Assembly (NCBI GenBank): GCA_051874735.1
Contig: JBJEGD010000026.1
Location: forward strand, 166,815-230,814
DNA from: Candidatus Bruticola sp.
GTDB lineage: Bacteria; Vulcanimicrobiota; Xenobia; Xenobiales; Xenobiaceae
Length of the DNA stretch: 64,000 nt
Direction of reading: 5' to 3'
Shown: piece after piece, positions 1-9,334 of the stretch
How positions within the stretch are numbered: position 1 is the first letter of the stretch
Layout of the letters: the number at the start of each line of letters is the position of its first letter
Translations under genes and position numbers: made by a program
Notes under the pieces: model-generated
Seen by the model: the letters and a program-made list of their open reading frames with translations, nothing else
Told to the model about the DNA's origin: nothing
Database searches by the model: none

Positions 1-80
1 CTCCTCCCAGCCGAACTTCTGCTATTGTCGAAAATGCTTTAGAAAAGCGCATCCCGAATCAGGAGCGCCTAAGAGCTATA

Positions 81-1145
81 ATGCAGAAAATCAATCTGCG
101 TTTAGTTGGTATTTTAACTGCCATTGTACTGCTAATTTTTATCTGTTTGTCTTTTATAACTTGTGGTGATGAGGAAGGTGAGGCTAGTGCCCAAAACGTT
201 CCTTCGCCTAGCAAAGCTCCTGCGGTGGCAGTTAATAAAGTTAAGGCTGAAAACTGGACAGCTTTGCCCTTAAATAATTCTGATCCCGTAGAGGCCTGTG
301 AGCTCCTAAGTGCCAAAAATATCAAGTATCGCAGTGTGCGTGGCCGTCTTGAAGTTTTGGTCGACGATTTAAGCAGAGCACAGGCTGCTTTGCAGCCGCC
401 TGCTGATTCTGTATCTGCTGATGAAGCTTTGGCTTCAGCTGATTATGCATCTGAAGTTGCCAATGAAGCTGAAAGTGTTGGGACTAGCCAGGAAGAAGAG
501 TATGGTTCAGCTCCATCTTCTGATTATACTGCTGAGGAAAGCGGTCCCGTTACTACTGCCAACGATGTCGAGGCTGACAAGGACTTTGTCGAACCGGAAG
601 CTGCGCCTGCAAGTGATTTTAACTCAGCGGTCGCCTCCCCTCCAGAACCGTCGGCGCCTAAGCGTCAAGTTGTGCCTGTTAAACAATTCTCTCAGCCTCG
701 AGTCGCTGCTCCTCAGCAGCGCACAGCCGTTCGTCCCGTGTACAGTGCGCAGCCTAGAGTTAAGGCCAAAGTCGCTTCCAGGCCAGTACGCACTTATGAC
801 GCCGCTTCCTATCAGCCTGCTCCTGCGCAGGCTGCCGCACCAGTACAAACAGTTCAAAAAACTAATTTAGGGGCAGATCCTACTCCCATTTCTGCCTCGT
901 ATCGTCACAAAGCTACTTCGGCCGATTCTGCTCGTCGTTCTTTAGTCGCTCCAACTCCCCAGACTATCCATCCAGATATTGATGTTACAGTTTCTTCATT
1001 GCCCCGGCGTAGTCATAAAACGGAAGATACTAGCTCAGAAATTACAGTTTCTTCTGCTGATTCTTCGCAGGGAGGCGATGTAATAATTAGTGGCAATACT
1101 TATGACGAAACTGATAGTGTAACGAGCCGGGAAGAGATAGAATAA
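81..1145 (+). CDS. Membrane-anchored hypothetical protein; short FliF/YscJ-like segment then long Ala/Pro/Ser-rich disordered tail
   Basis: 354-aa ORF; AGGAG upstream; N-terminal hydrophobic helix (LVGILTAIVLLIFICLSFIT, then C); segment PVEACELLSAKNIKYRSVRGRLEVLVDDLSRAQAAL; low-complexity remainder. Confidence 0.6.
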   Translation: MQKINLRLVGILTAIVLLIFICLSFITCGDEEGEASAQNVPSPSKAPAVAVNKVKAENWTALPLNNSDPVEACELLSAKNIKYRSVRGRLEVLVDDLSRAQAALQPPADSVSADEALASADYASEVANEAESVGTSQEEEYGSAPSSDYTAEESGPVTTANDVEADKDFVEPEAAPASDFNSAVASPPEPSAPKRQVVPVKQFSQPRVAAPQQRTAVRPVYSAQPRVKAKVASRPVRTYDAASYQPAPAQAAAPVQTVQKTNLGADPTPISASYRHKATSADSARRSLVAPTPQTIHPDIDVTVSSLPRRSHKTEDTSSEITVSSADSSQGGDVIISGNTYDETDSVTSREEIE

Positions 1146-1156
1146 TAGTATACTGT

Positions 1157-2071
1157 ATGGGCGTTCCTATTTTAGAGGTGAACAATCTTACACGATGGGG
1201 GAGAAGTATCGCTTTAAAGACGCCGATCTCTTTGGTGTTAGAAGCTGGCGATATTGGTGTAGTGATCAGCCAAAATTTGAGTAGTTCATCTCATTTGCTG
1301 CGTACTGCTGTTGGTCTGTGCCCTTCATTTAAAGGTTGTATTCGTTTATGCTCCCAGCCCATTGCTTCTTCAGCAGCTAAACATATGTTCGGTTTTGTTT
1401 CTGCTGATCCTGAGTTATATGACGATCTTACTGTTTGGGAACAACTAGCCCTTTTTGCTGATATCTATAGGGTTGATACGCATTACCGTCCCTACGCTAT
1501 TTATGAAGCTTTAGAAACTGTTAAGATCACCCCATACAAGGATACGCAAATTTCTTCTATACATGACAGAAGTTTGCTGAAGCGCATAAGCTTAGCTCGC
1601 GCTTTAGTACACAGTCCTCGCCTTATAGTGATAGAAAATTTGTTTCAGGGCAGTGATTTTCGCAATTGGCAGTTAGCTGCCGATATACTCAACGAAATTA
1701 GAAATACGGGCAAAGCGATTCTGCTGTCTGCTGATAGTCTTCAATATTTGCATAACTTATACAGCCAGCTTTTTTTAGTAGGAGAAGACGAACTGTTGCT
1801 TCAAGGAAGTTATCCGCAAATATTTCAGGATCTGTATCTTTACAGATTAGTTCAGCTGCAATTATGGGATACTGGTATCGATTTAGCTTTAAATTATTTA
1901 AATGCTGCAGAATCAGTTTTTGATCTTCTGCAGCAAGAAAATGATCCGGGAGTAGTGCGTTTTTTCTTCAAAGGAAGCGAAACGGAATTAAAAAAGTTAA
2001 TGCACAGTTTGGAACAGCAAGGAGCTGCTATAGTATCTTGTTCTGTGCTTAACAATTTTTTTGGACGTTGA
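1157..2071 (+). CDS. ABC-transporter ATP-binding-fold protein with degenerate catalytic motifs
   Basis: ABC-2-type layout (ILEVNNLTR, LYDDLTVWEQL, KRISLARALVHSPRLIVIE) but Walker A reads SQNLSSSS, no LSGG, Walker B IEN, H-loop SAD. Confidence 0.75.
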   Translation: MGVPILEVNNLTRWGRSIALKTPISLVLEAGDIGVVISQNLSSSSHLLRTAVGLCPSFKGCIRLCSQPIASSAAKHMFGFVSADPELYDDLTVWEQLALFADIYRVDTHYRPYAIYEALETVKITPYKDTQISSIHDRSLLKRISLARALVHSPRLIVIENLFQGSDFRNWQLAADILNEIRNTGKAILLSADSLQYLHNLYSQLFLVGEDELLLQGSYPQIFQDLYLYRLVQLQLWDTGIDLALNYLNAAESVFDLLQQENDPGVVRFFFKGSETELKKLMHSLEQQGAAIVSCSVLNNFFGR

Positions 2072-2276
2072 AAGCTCCAACTGCTGGGAGGAGAACAGGG
2101 GAAGCTGTAGAACCGATCACGAAAGTTCGTTACAAAACTGAACTAATTATGGCGGGCTGTCCTTCACGAAACGTATCGGGGTTGTGTTCGGCAGTTTCGT
2201 TTTTGGGATTGTAAAATTGGTCCCATCAATATTGAGATGGCCCGTGAGGGCCGAGAAAGCGAGTGGAGTAGGCTAA

Positions 2277-2813
2277 ATGCGCAAATTTACAGCCACACTC
2301 TTCCTGCTGGCCACTTTGTCGCTGGGCTGCCTAGCGGTAGGTGCTGCGCCGGCTATGGCGGATGAGAGCATGAAGACCGTAAACGTAGTAACCGAGTTCG
2401 GTCCTTACACTTACAGCCTTTATGAGTATCCTTCTTATAACACTAGTTTCTTCTTCTATCAGGACAGCTATGTTGAGTTCGATGTAGTAAACGGCACTTC
2501 CTGGAGAATCGAATCTCCCAAGGACAAGATCCACAAAGAGCAAGCTGCCCCCAGCGAGTCTTTGTTAGGTACTGGCCGTACATACAATTCTCTTGAGAAT
2601 TTCGATGTATACTTCTATGCTCCGGACGGCACTCTTTTAGCCTGCCGCAAGAATGCCAGACTTAGTGACAACTATAGCTTCCCTAGCGATCGTTCTCATG
2701 ACAAAGTGCGTGTTCGCATAGAGTCTAGAGCTACCCAGAACTTAGACGCCAAGTTCATTGTTTGGGAACCGGTCAATCCTGTTGTGGCTAAACCCCTCAG
2801 CACAAAGAAGTAG
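2277..2813 (+). CDS. Secreted hypothetical protein (likely beta-rich)
   Basis: Sec signal MRKFTATLFLLATLSLGCLAVGAAPAMA|DE; GGAG RBS; aromatic-rich mature region. Confidence 0.7.
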   Translation: MRKFTATLFLLATLSLGCLAVGAAPAMADESMKTVNVVTEFGPYTYSLYEYPSYNTSFFFYQDSYVEFDVVNGTSWRIESPKDKIHKEQAAPSESLLGTGRTYNSLENFDVYFYAPDGTLLACRKNARLSDNYSFPSDRSHDKVRVRIESRATQNLDAKFIVWEPVNPVVAKPLSTKK

Positions 2814-3111
2814 TGTCATTTAATTTGTAAGTTGCGTTCCTTGTTCTTTCCTTCTTTTTTTTGTAAGGGGAAAGCTGCCTGGGGGCGCATATTTTTTTCG
2901 GGCCGTTTCAGCTAATCTGAAGGCTCGTTTTTATTTTTATATTAAAAATACCCATAATTCTAACGTTAATAAAATATAGACTGTTTATAATAAAAAGAGG
3001 TTGAGCGGATTTTTTATCTTACGTTGAAAATTAGCGTTCGATCTGCTCGCTGCAGAGGGGGGAATACCTCTAATTTGTTTTATTTTATATTGTGTCTATG
3101 GAGTCTGTATC

Positions 3112-5049
3112 ATGGCTGTGCAAACTTACGAATTTCAAGCTCAAGCTCGTCAGCTTTTAAATTTAGTTATAAACTCAATTTATTCCAATAAAGAAATCTT
3201 TTTGCGCGAGCTCCTTTCGAATGCTTCTGACGCAATGGACAAATTGCGCCTTGAGTCGCTGCAAAACTCCGATTTGAAAGCTGATATATCCGATTTACAT
3301 ATTACTATTGAGCGCGACAGCGAAAAGCGCACTTTAAAAGTTATCGACAACGGCATTGGCATGAATGCTGAAGAACTGAAAAACTTAATTGGTACTATCG
3401 CTCGCTCTGGTACTGCTGAGTTTCTGAAGCAAGCTGCAGAAAATAAAACTGCTGCAGCTGAACTTATTGGTCAGTTTGGCGTTGGTTTCTACTCTGTTTT
3501 TATGGTCGCTGATAAAGCTGTCATCGAAACCCGTAAAATTGGTGAAGAAGAAGGTTACAGATGGGAGTCTGCTGGCGATGGTTCTTACACTATTGAAGAA
3601 GCTGGGAAACTTCCTCAGGGTACGGCCATTACTTTATACTTAAAAGATACTGATGAAGAAAACGGTATCGATGACTACACCCAGGAATGGGTTATCCGCG
3701 ACTTAGTCAAACGTTATTCCGATTTTATCTCTTATCCCATCAGAATGATGGTGACTAAGCGCGAAAGTGTGCCTGCTGAAAAGGAAGGCGATGAGCCTAA
3801 GACTGTAGAGAAGCAGGAAATGGAGACTTTAAATTCTATGAAAGCGCTGTGGGCGCGATCTGAAAGCGAAGTCGACTCTAAAGAATATAACGATTTTTAC
3901 CGCCTTATTGCCCACGATTGGCAAGATCCTTTGAAAGTTATCACCATGAAAGGTGAAGGAACTTTCGAGTTCCAGTCATTGCTCTTTATACCTGCCAAAG
4001 CTCCTTTCGACATGTATATGCCGGATAGCAAGAGGGGAATCCAGCTTTATGTAAAGCGTGTTTTTATTATGGATGACTGTGAAGAGCTCATCCCACCTTA
4101 TCTGCGCTTCCTCCGCGGTGTGGTTGATTCGGCTGATCTGTCCCTCAATATATCTAGGGAAATTTTACAAAAAGATCGTCAAATTAAGGCTATAAACAAG
4201 AGTATTGTTCGTAAAGTACTGAGCACTCTCAAAAGTATGATGGATGAGGATCCTGAACAGTACCGCAAATTCTGGCGTGAGTTTGGCAAAGTTCTTAAAG
4301 AGGGACTTTATAATGATAGCGCTAACCGCGAGAAGATTTTAGAAGTTATGCTGGCCGATTCCACAAATTCTGCTGAGTTGACTTCTTTGAACGACTATAT
4401 TTCTCGCATGAAAGAGGGCCAGGAAAATATTTACTATATTGCCGGAGAAAACCGCGAACGTTTAGCCCAAGCTCCGCAAATGGAAGTTTTTAAAGCCAAA
4501 GGTATAGAGGTACTTATACTTAGCGATCCCATTGACTCTGTTTGGGTGGAAATGGTTGGTGAGTATAAGGACAAGAAGTTTAAGTCTGTGTTGCGTGGAG
4601 CGGTTGAACTTGGTGATGAGGCCGAAAAGAAAGCTGCTGAAGAAAAATTGGAAGCTCAGCGCAAAGACTTAGCCTCTATGATTGCTTGGATGGGCAGCGG
4701 TTTAGATAGTAAAGTTAAAGAGGTTAGGGTATCCAATCGTTTGACCGATTCTCCTGCCTGTTTAGTTTCTGATGAAAATGATCCTACTCCATCAATGGAA
4801 AAAATCATGAAGGCCATGGGGCAAAATTTCCCAACTATCAAGCGTATTTTAGAAATTAATCCGGAGCATCCCATCATTAAACGTCTGCACGAACTTTACA
4901 CTCAAAATGGTGACAGTGAAGAACTTAAGTCTGTGACTAGTTTGATTTACGATCAGGCCATTTTAGCTGAAGGTGGCGAACTCGCTGATCCGGCTAGTTT
5001 TTCTGCCGCTTTAAGTAAAATTATTAGTAAGGCTCTGCAGCAGAACTAA
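3112..5049 (+). CDS. htpG: Molecular chaperone HtpG (Hsp90)
   Basis: YSNKEIFLRELLSNASDA, DNGIGM, LIGQFGVGFYS, LYVKRVFI, GVVDSADLSLNISRE, LEINPEHP. Confidence 0.98.
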   Translation: MAVQTYEFQAQARQLLNLVINSIYSNKEIFLRELLSNASDAMDKLRLESLQNSDLKADISDLHITIERDSEKRTLKVIDNGIGMNAEELKNLIGTIARSGTAEFLKQAAENKTAAAELIGQFGVGFYSVFMVADKAVIETRKIGEEEGYRWESAGDGSYTIEEAGKLPQGTAITLYLKDTDEENGIDDYTQEWVIRDLVKRYSDFISYPIRMMVTKRESVPAEKEGDEPKTVEKQEMETLNSMKALWARSESEVDSKEYNDFYRLIAHDWQDPLKVITMKGEGTFEFQSLLFIPAKAPFDMYMPDSKRGIQLYVKRVFIMDDCEELIPPYLRFLRGVVDSADLSLNISREILQKDRQIKAINKSIVRKVLSTLKSMMDEDPEQYRKFWREFGKVLKEGLYNDSANREKILEVMLADSTNSAELTSLNDYISRMKEGQENIYYIAGENRERLAQAPQMEVFKAKGIEVLILSDPIDSVWVEMVGEYKDKKFKSVLRGAVELGDEAEKKAAEEKLEAQRKDLASMIAWMGSGLDSKVKEVRVSNRLTDSPACLVSDENDPTPSMEKIMKAMGQNFPTIKRILEINPEHPIIKRLHELYTQNGDSEELKSVTSLIYDQAILAEGGELADPASFSAALSKIISKALQQN

Positions 5050-5073
5050 GCTGGCTGCTATCTATTGAATAAT

Positions 5074-5126
5074 AGGGCTGATTAGATTTAGTTGTGTCTA
5101 AGTCTGGTTAGCCTTTCTTATTTTTT
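5074..5126 (+). terminator. Rho-independent terminator after htpG
   Basis: GGCTGATTAGATTTAG / CTAAGTCTGGTTAGCC stem (with G-U pairs) followed by T-rich tract. Confidence 0.6.
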
Positions 5127-5308
5127 ATTATTTATTTATATTTGAGGAAGGTAATTATCAATAAAAAAAGGTAGAATCAGAGTGTATGAATTAGTTCGAT
5201 GATTCTTTCATTAAATTATCAGCTGTGTAGCAAAATTACAGAGCGTAAGACCAGGCTGGTTTAGCTCGTAGTTTTGCTTTTTTTTTTGTAAAGAGGTCTA
5301 ATTTTTTT

Positions 5309-6505
5309 ATGGAACGCAGTAATTCCAGAGCTTTTTTGCTTGTGTTAATGGGGGTACTGACAGCATTTGGGCCGTTTGTTACCGATATGTATCTGCCCAC
5401 TCTGCCAACTATGACTACATATTTTTCAGCCACTATGTCGCAGGTTCAGTTAGGCTTAACTTTTTCTATGTTGGGGTTAGCCTTAGGTCAGCTTGGTTTT
5501 GGACCGCTCAGTGATAAAATCGGCCGTCGTTCTCCTTTATTAATTTCGATGCTGATTTTTGTTATTTCAACTTTGGCTTGTATTTTTTCACCTAACATTG
5601 AATTATTTTTAGCTATGCGTTTTTTTCAGGGAATAGCTGGGGCAGGAGGTATAGTTATTGCCAGATCTATAGCTGTAGATAAGTTTTCTGGTCGTAATCT
5701 AGCTGAGGCTTTAGCTATTGCTGGTGCTATTAACGGCATAGCTCCGGTAGCGGCTCCCATTATTGGGGGAATATGCAGTGATTCTATTGGTTGGCGCGGT
5801 ATTTTCGTTATCTTGCTGGCTGTGGGGTTGGTAGTTACCGCCATGTGCATTGTCTATAAAGAGACATTAGAAGAATCTAGACGATCTTCCGAAAAATGGG
5901 CCGATATTATGCGCCTCTTTGGCAAAGTAATTAAAAGAAAGCGTTTTCTTGGATATATTTTGCAGATGGCATCAGCCCAAGGCATTCTCTTTGCTAATAT
6001 AGCTTCTTCTCCGTTTATAATTCAAAATTTACATCATAAAAGTGCTTTGGTTTTTAGCGTATATTTTGCTATAAATTCTATAGCAATAGGTTTAGGGGCA
6101 GCTATGTCAGTTAAATTTGACAAGCAAGAAAAATGTATAACTTACAGTTGCGCCGGTATGCTAATAGGAGCACTGGCCAGTACTTTAGCTCTAAATTTAG
6201 GTGCTTCTCTGATAGTTTATGAAATTATTATTACTGCAACTTGCTTTGCTATGGGGATGACTTTTACTGCTGCCACCACATTAGCTATGGATGAAGTCCG
6301 CGATTATGCTGGAGCTGGTTCAGCTGTTTTAGGAGCTTCCTGCTATGTTATGGGAGGTTTGGTTTCTCCTTTAGTAGGATTAGGCAATATTCTCTATTCC
6401 GTGTCTATTATTTTTATTGCAGCAGCTGCTATCTCTAGCTTATGTGCTTGCCTAGCTAACAGATGCCCTTCTACTAAAGTTGAGTCTATAGGGGCGGTAG
6501 CTTAA
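5309..6505 (+). CDS. Bcr/CflA-family multidrug MFS transporter (DHA1)
   Basis: TDMYLPTLP, GPLSDKIGRR (motif A), RFFQG, APIIGG, IGWRGIF; about 12 TM segments. Confidence 0.92.
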   Translation: MERSNSRAFLLVLMGVLTAFGPFVTDMYLPTLPTMTTYFSATMSQVQLGLTFSMLGLALGQLGFGPLSDKIGRRSPLLISMLIFVISTLACIFSPNIELFLAMRFFQGIAGAGGIVIARSIAVDKFSGRNLAEALAIAGAINGIAPVAAPIIGGICSDSIGWRGIFVILLAVGLVVTAMCIVYKETLEESRRSSEKWADIMRLFGKVIKRKRFLGYILQMASAQGILFANIASSPFIIQNLHHKSALVFSVYFAINSIAIGLGAAMSVKFDKQEKCITYSCAGMLIGALASTLALNLGASLIVYEIIITATCFAMGMTFTAATTLAMDEVRDYAGAGSAVLGASCYVMGGLVSPLVGLGNILYSVSIIFIAAAAISSLCACLANRCPSTKVESIGAVA

Positions 6506-6532
6506 ACGATATTTCTTTAAATTGTCAATTGA

Positions 6533-6582
6533 CAATAAATAAAAAAGATGGGGCTAGTTGACCCCATCTTTTTTATTTATTG
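6533..6582. terminator. Bidirectional Rho-independent terminator between convergent MFS genes
   Basis: Perfect 21-bp inverted repeat CAATAAATAAAAAAGATGGGG / CCCCATCTTTTTTATTTATTG with 8-nt loop. Confidence 0.9.
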
Positions 6583-6593
6583 AAAACTATTTT

Positions 6594-8204
6594 TTAGGCT
6601 TTGCCGTGCATCCACTTTTTCAGCAGCGGAGTTAGAGCTAAAACTAAAATACCTGATCCAATAGACGAACAGATGAGGAAGAACCACATGTTTATGTTAT
6701 ACGAATGGAGTACGCTCTCAAGGATGCCAGCAAAGTAGTTGGCCATAGCTGAAGAGAGGAACCAAAATCCCATCATAATAGACATCAGGCGATTGGGAGA
6801 CAATTTGGACACCATAGAAAGGCCAACAGGAGAGAGGCAAAGTTCGCCCATGGTATGTAGGAAGTAAACACTAACTAACCACATCGGACTAACTTTAGTG
6901 CCATCTGCAGCTAAGCTGCTGCCCATGAACATAACGATAAAACCAAGACCTAAGATGATCATGCCCAAGCCCATTTTGGCTGGTACTGAAATGGCGTATT
7001 TGGAATTATCCCATTTGTACCACATTATTGAGAAAAGCGGAGCAAATGTGCAGATAATGAAGGGATTGATAGATTGGAACCAAGAAGCGGGGATGGTGAA
7101 AGCCTTACCCAGAAGATTTACGGCACGTTGAGTTTGTTCTTCCGCAAATAGGGTCATAGTGCCTCCGGCTTGTTCGAACCCCATCCAGAAGAAAGTGACA
7201 AAAACGGTGATAATCACAATTACGCAAAGGCGATGTATTTCTTCCAGGGTGAGTTTATTGCTGCTTTTATCGGCGCCGCTGTTTTGATTATCACCCTGTT
7301 TGTGGGTGAACAGGTAGCTGATAACAAAAGTGAACAGCACGCTTAAACCGACAGCTACAGGAAGCGGGGAAGAAGTTAGGCTGAAAGAGGCGCTCTTAGT
7401 AATATTCCAGAGCCAGCAAGAAACGGCTGTAATGCCTATTATGCCCAAAATCCAGTAGCATACTTCTAAGTAGTCCTTAGTATGGAGATGGGCATCTTCA
7501 ATAGAACCTTTAAATTCAGGTGGCATGCCGGCGCCATTGAAACGGCTTTGGCCTAAATTGAAAATAATTTGACCGATGATCATACCTATACCGGCAGCAA
7601 CAAAGCCCCAAGACCAGCCGAAGTTTTGGCCTAAACTTCCGCAGATAAGCGGGGAGAAGAAGGCGCCCAAGTTGATGCCCATGTAAAATATGGTAAAACC
7701 ACCGTCGCGACGGGGATCGTTATCTTTGTAAAGGCCGCCTACAATATTAGAAATGTTAGGTTTAAAGAAACCGTTACCCAAAATAAGCAGGGCCAAAGCC
7801 GGATAAAGCATAGCTGGTTGAGACAGCAGCAGCTCGCCTAAAGCCATAGTACAGCCGCCTATAATAACTGCTTTGCGGGCGCCCAAAAAACGATCGGAAA
7901 GATAGCCGCCTATCAGGGGAGTTAAATAGACTAAGCCGGTGTAAATGCCGTAAAGGGCGAGGGCGTCTTTGCGTTCGTACTGCAGTTGGCTGACCAAGTA
8001 CAGAACTAAAATGGCACGCATGCCGTAGTAACTGAAGCGCTCCCAAGCCTCTGCTCCGAATAGCCAGTATAGACCTTGGGGCTGCTTTGAGTCAGCTGCT
8101 TCTAGCTTAGCTTTTGCGCTTTCTTCACCTACTGATTGTTTTAGTGAATCATCGGATGAGGAGGCAGCTGGAGTGATTGATTTTTCTTCGGACAATAGAT
8201 CCAC
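6594..8204 (-). CDS. Proton-dependent oligopeptide transporter (POT/PTR family)
   Basis: EAWERFSYYGMR (ExxERF motif), GNGFFKPNIS, FYMGINLGAF, FQSINP, GELCLSPVG. Confidence 0.95.
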   Translation of the reverse strand: MDLLSEEKSITPAASSSDDSLKQSVGEESAKAKLEAADSKQPQGLYWLFGAEAWERFSYYGMRAILVLYLVSQLQYERKDALALYGIYTGLVYLTPLIGGYLSDRFLGARKAVIIGGCTMALGELLLSQPAMLYPALALLILGNGFFKPNISNIVGGLYKDNDPRRDGGFTIFYMGINLGAFFSPLICGSLGQNFGWSWGFVAAGIGMIIGQIIFNLGQSRFNGAGMPPEFKGSIEDAHLHTKDYLEVCYWILGIIGITAVSCWLWNITKSASFSLTSSPLPVAVGLSVLFTFVISYLFTHKQGDNQNSGADKSSNKLTLEEIHRLCVIVIITVFVTFFWMGFEQAGGTMTLFAEEQTQRAVNLLGKAFTIPASWFQSINPFIICTFAPLFSIMWYKWDNSKYAISVPAKMGLGMIILGLGFIVMFMGSSLAADGTKVSPMWLVSVYFLHTMGELCLSPVGLSMVSKLSPNRLMSIMMGFWFLSSAMANYFAGILESVLHSYNINMWFFLICSSIGSGILVLALTPLLKKWMHGKA

Positions 8205-8423
8205 CTCTCTGCATATATAGTTATAAAATAGTTAGGGTTTTAGGCTAGGGGGCTGTATTTTACTTATTGGCTACACCCTGCTCGGAACTACTGGCCTTCG
8301 CACTTTTGTAACTTGAGCCCTGCTCCTTTACAAAGCTGCAGAGATTGAGGGATAATGCTCTGGGGTAAATTTAGGTTATGAGCCATAATTAAGTTGTTAA
8401 GGGTGGCATTAATTTAAATGATC

Positions 8424-9257
8424 TTATTTTGCTGTCCAGGTAAGCTGGTAAAGATCTGTACGCCTGTGCTTTAATAAGGGAAGTTGTTCGCGCACTTCCT
8501 TAACTAAATTGAGATCAATCTCGATTATTTGCATTCCTTCTTCCTGTCCCATTTGTTTTATGACTTCTCCCCAGGGATCAACAGCTATAGTGTGCCCCCA
8601 CGACTGATAGGTCGCTTTTTGACAGCGAGCTGGAGCGGTGCCTAAAGCGAAAAATTGGTTAAACATAGCTTGGCTTCGGAATATAAGCTCCCAATGAGCT
8701 GGTCCAGTAGTCATATTAAAAGCGGCAGGCACCAAAACGATAGACGCTCCTTGCAGAGCCATTAGTCGTCCTAATTCTGGAAATCTGAAGTCATAACATA
8801 TGCAAAGGCCGAAACGTCCAAACTCAGTGTCGAAGATGGTGGCGTGGTTGCCGGCACTTAGCGTCTCTGATTCCTGGAAATGTTGGCCATCTCTAATATT
8901 TATATCAAAAAGGTGCATTTTGCGGTGTTTAGCAATTATTTCACCGCTGGCATTAAACACGTAAGCTGTATTGAATATATGCCCGTTATAATCTTTTTCT
9001 GGCATAGAGCCGGCAGATAGATACAGTTTGTAAGTGTTGGCCATTTCAGCACAGATGTTGCAGATGGGCCCTCCTTCCTCTTCAGCATAGCGGCTGAAAA
9101 GAGCCGTTTCGTAGGGACAACAAAACATTTCTGGCAAAGTTATCATTTGCGCTTTTGCTGAGGCGGCGCTGCGACAGATTCGCTCTAATACTGCTCTGAT
9201 TTCATTGAGCGAATAGACTGTTTTTATTTGAGCTTGTAAAAGGCGTATTTTATTCAT
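8424..9257 (-). CDS. Carbon-nitrogen hydrolase (nitrilase superfamily, omega-amidase/Nit-like)
   Basis: Catalytic E-K-C: LPEMF, HRKMHLFD, ICYDFRFPE; PAAFNMTTGPAHW. Start moved to MNKIRLL because the longer ORF start lies inside the upstream terminator. Confidence 0.9.
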   Translation of the reverse strand: MNKIRLLQAQIKTVYSLNEIRAVLERICRSAASAKAQMITLPEMFCCPYETALFSRYAEEEGGPICNICAEMANTYKLYLSAGSMPEKDYNGHIFNTAYVFNASGEIIAKHRKMHLFDINIRDGQHFQESETLSAGNHATIFDTEFGRFGLCICYDFRFPELGRLMALQGASIVLVPAAFNMTTGPAHWELIFRSQAMFNQFFALGTAPARCQKATYQSWGHTIAVDPWGEVIKQMGQEEGMQIIEIDLNLVKEVREQLPLLKHRRTDLYQLTWTAK

Positions 9258-9291
9258 AAGTTTATTGAAGCAGACTGGAACATAAAAACAA

Positions 9292-9321
9292 AGGCCGCTG
9301 CTTGGTACCAAGCAGCGGCCT
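9292..9321 (-). terminator. Terminator of PilX-like gene A
   Basis: Perfect 30-bp palindrome AGGCCGCTGCTTGGTACCAAGCAGCGGCCT followed on the minus strand by TTGTTTTT. Confidence 0.85.
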
Positions 9322-9334
9322 CCCTTAACAGTTT

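Noticed and set aside
3024-3057. Possible CIRCE (HrcA) operator upstream of htpG (TTAGCGTTC...)
   Set aside because: Only the left half resembles TTAGCACTC; the right half (GCTGCAGAG) does not match GAGTGCTAA at 9-nt spacing.
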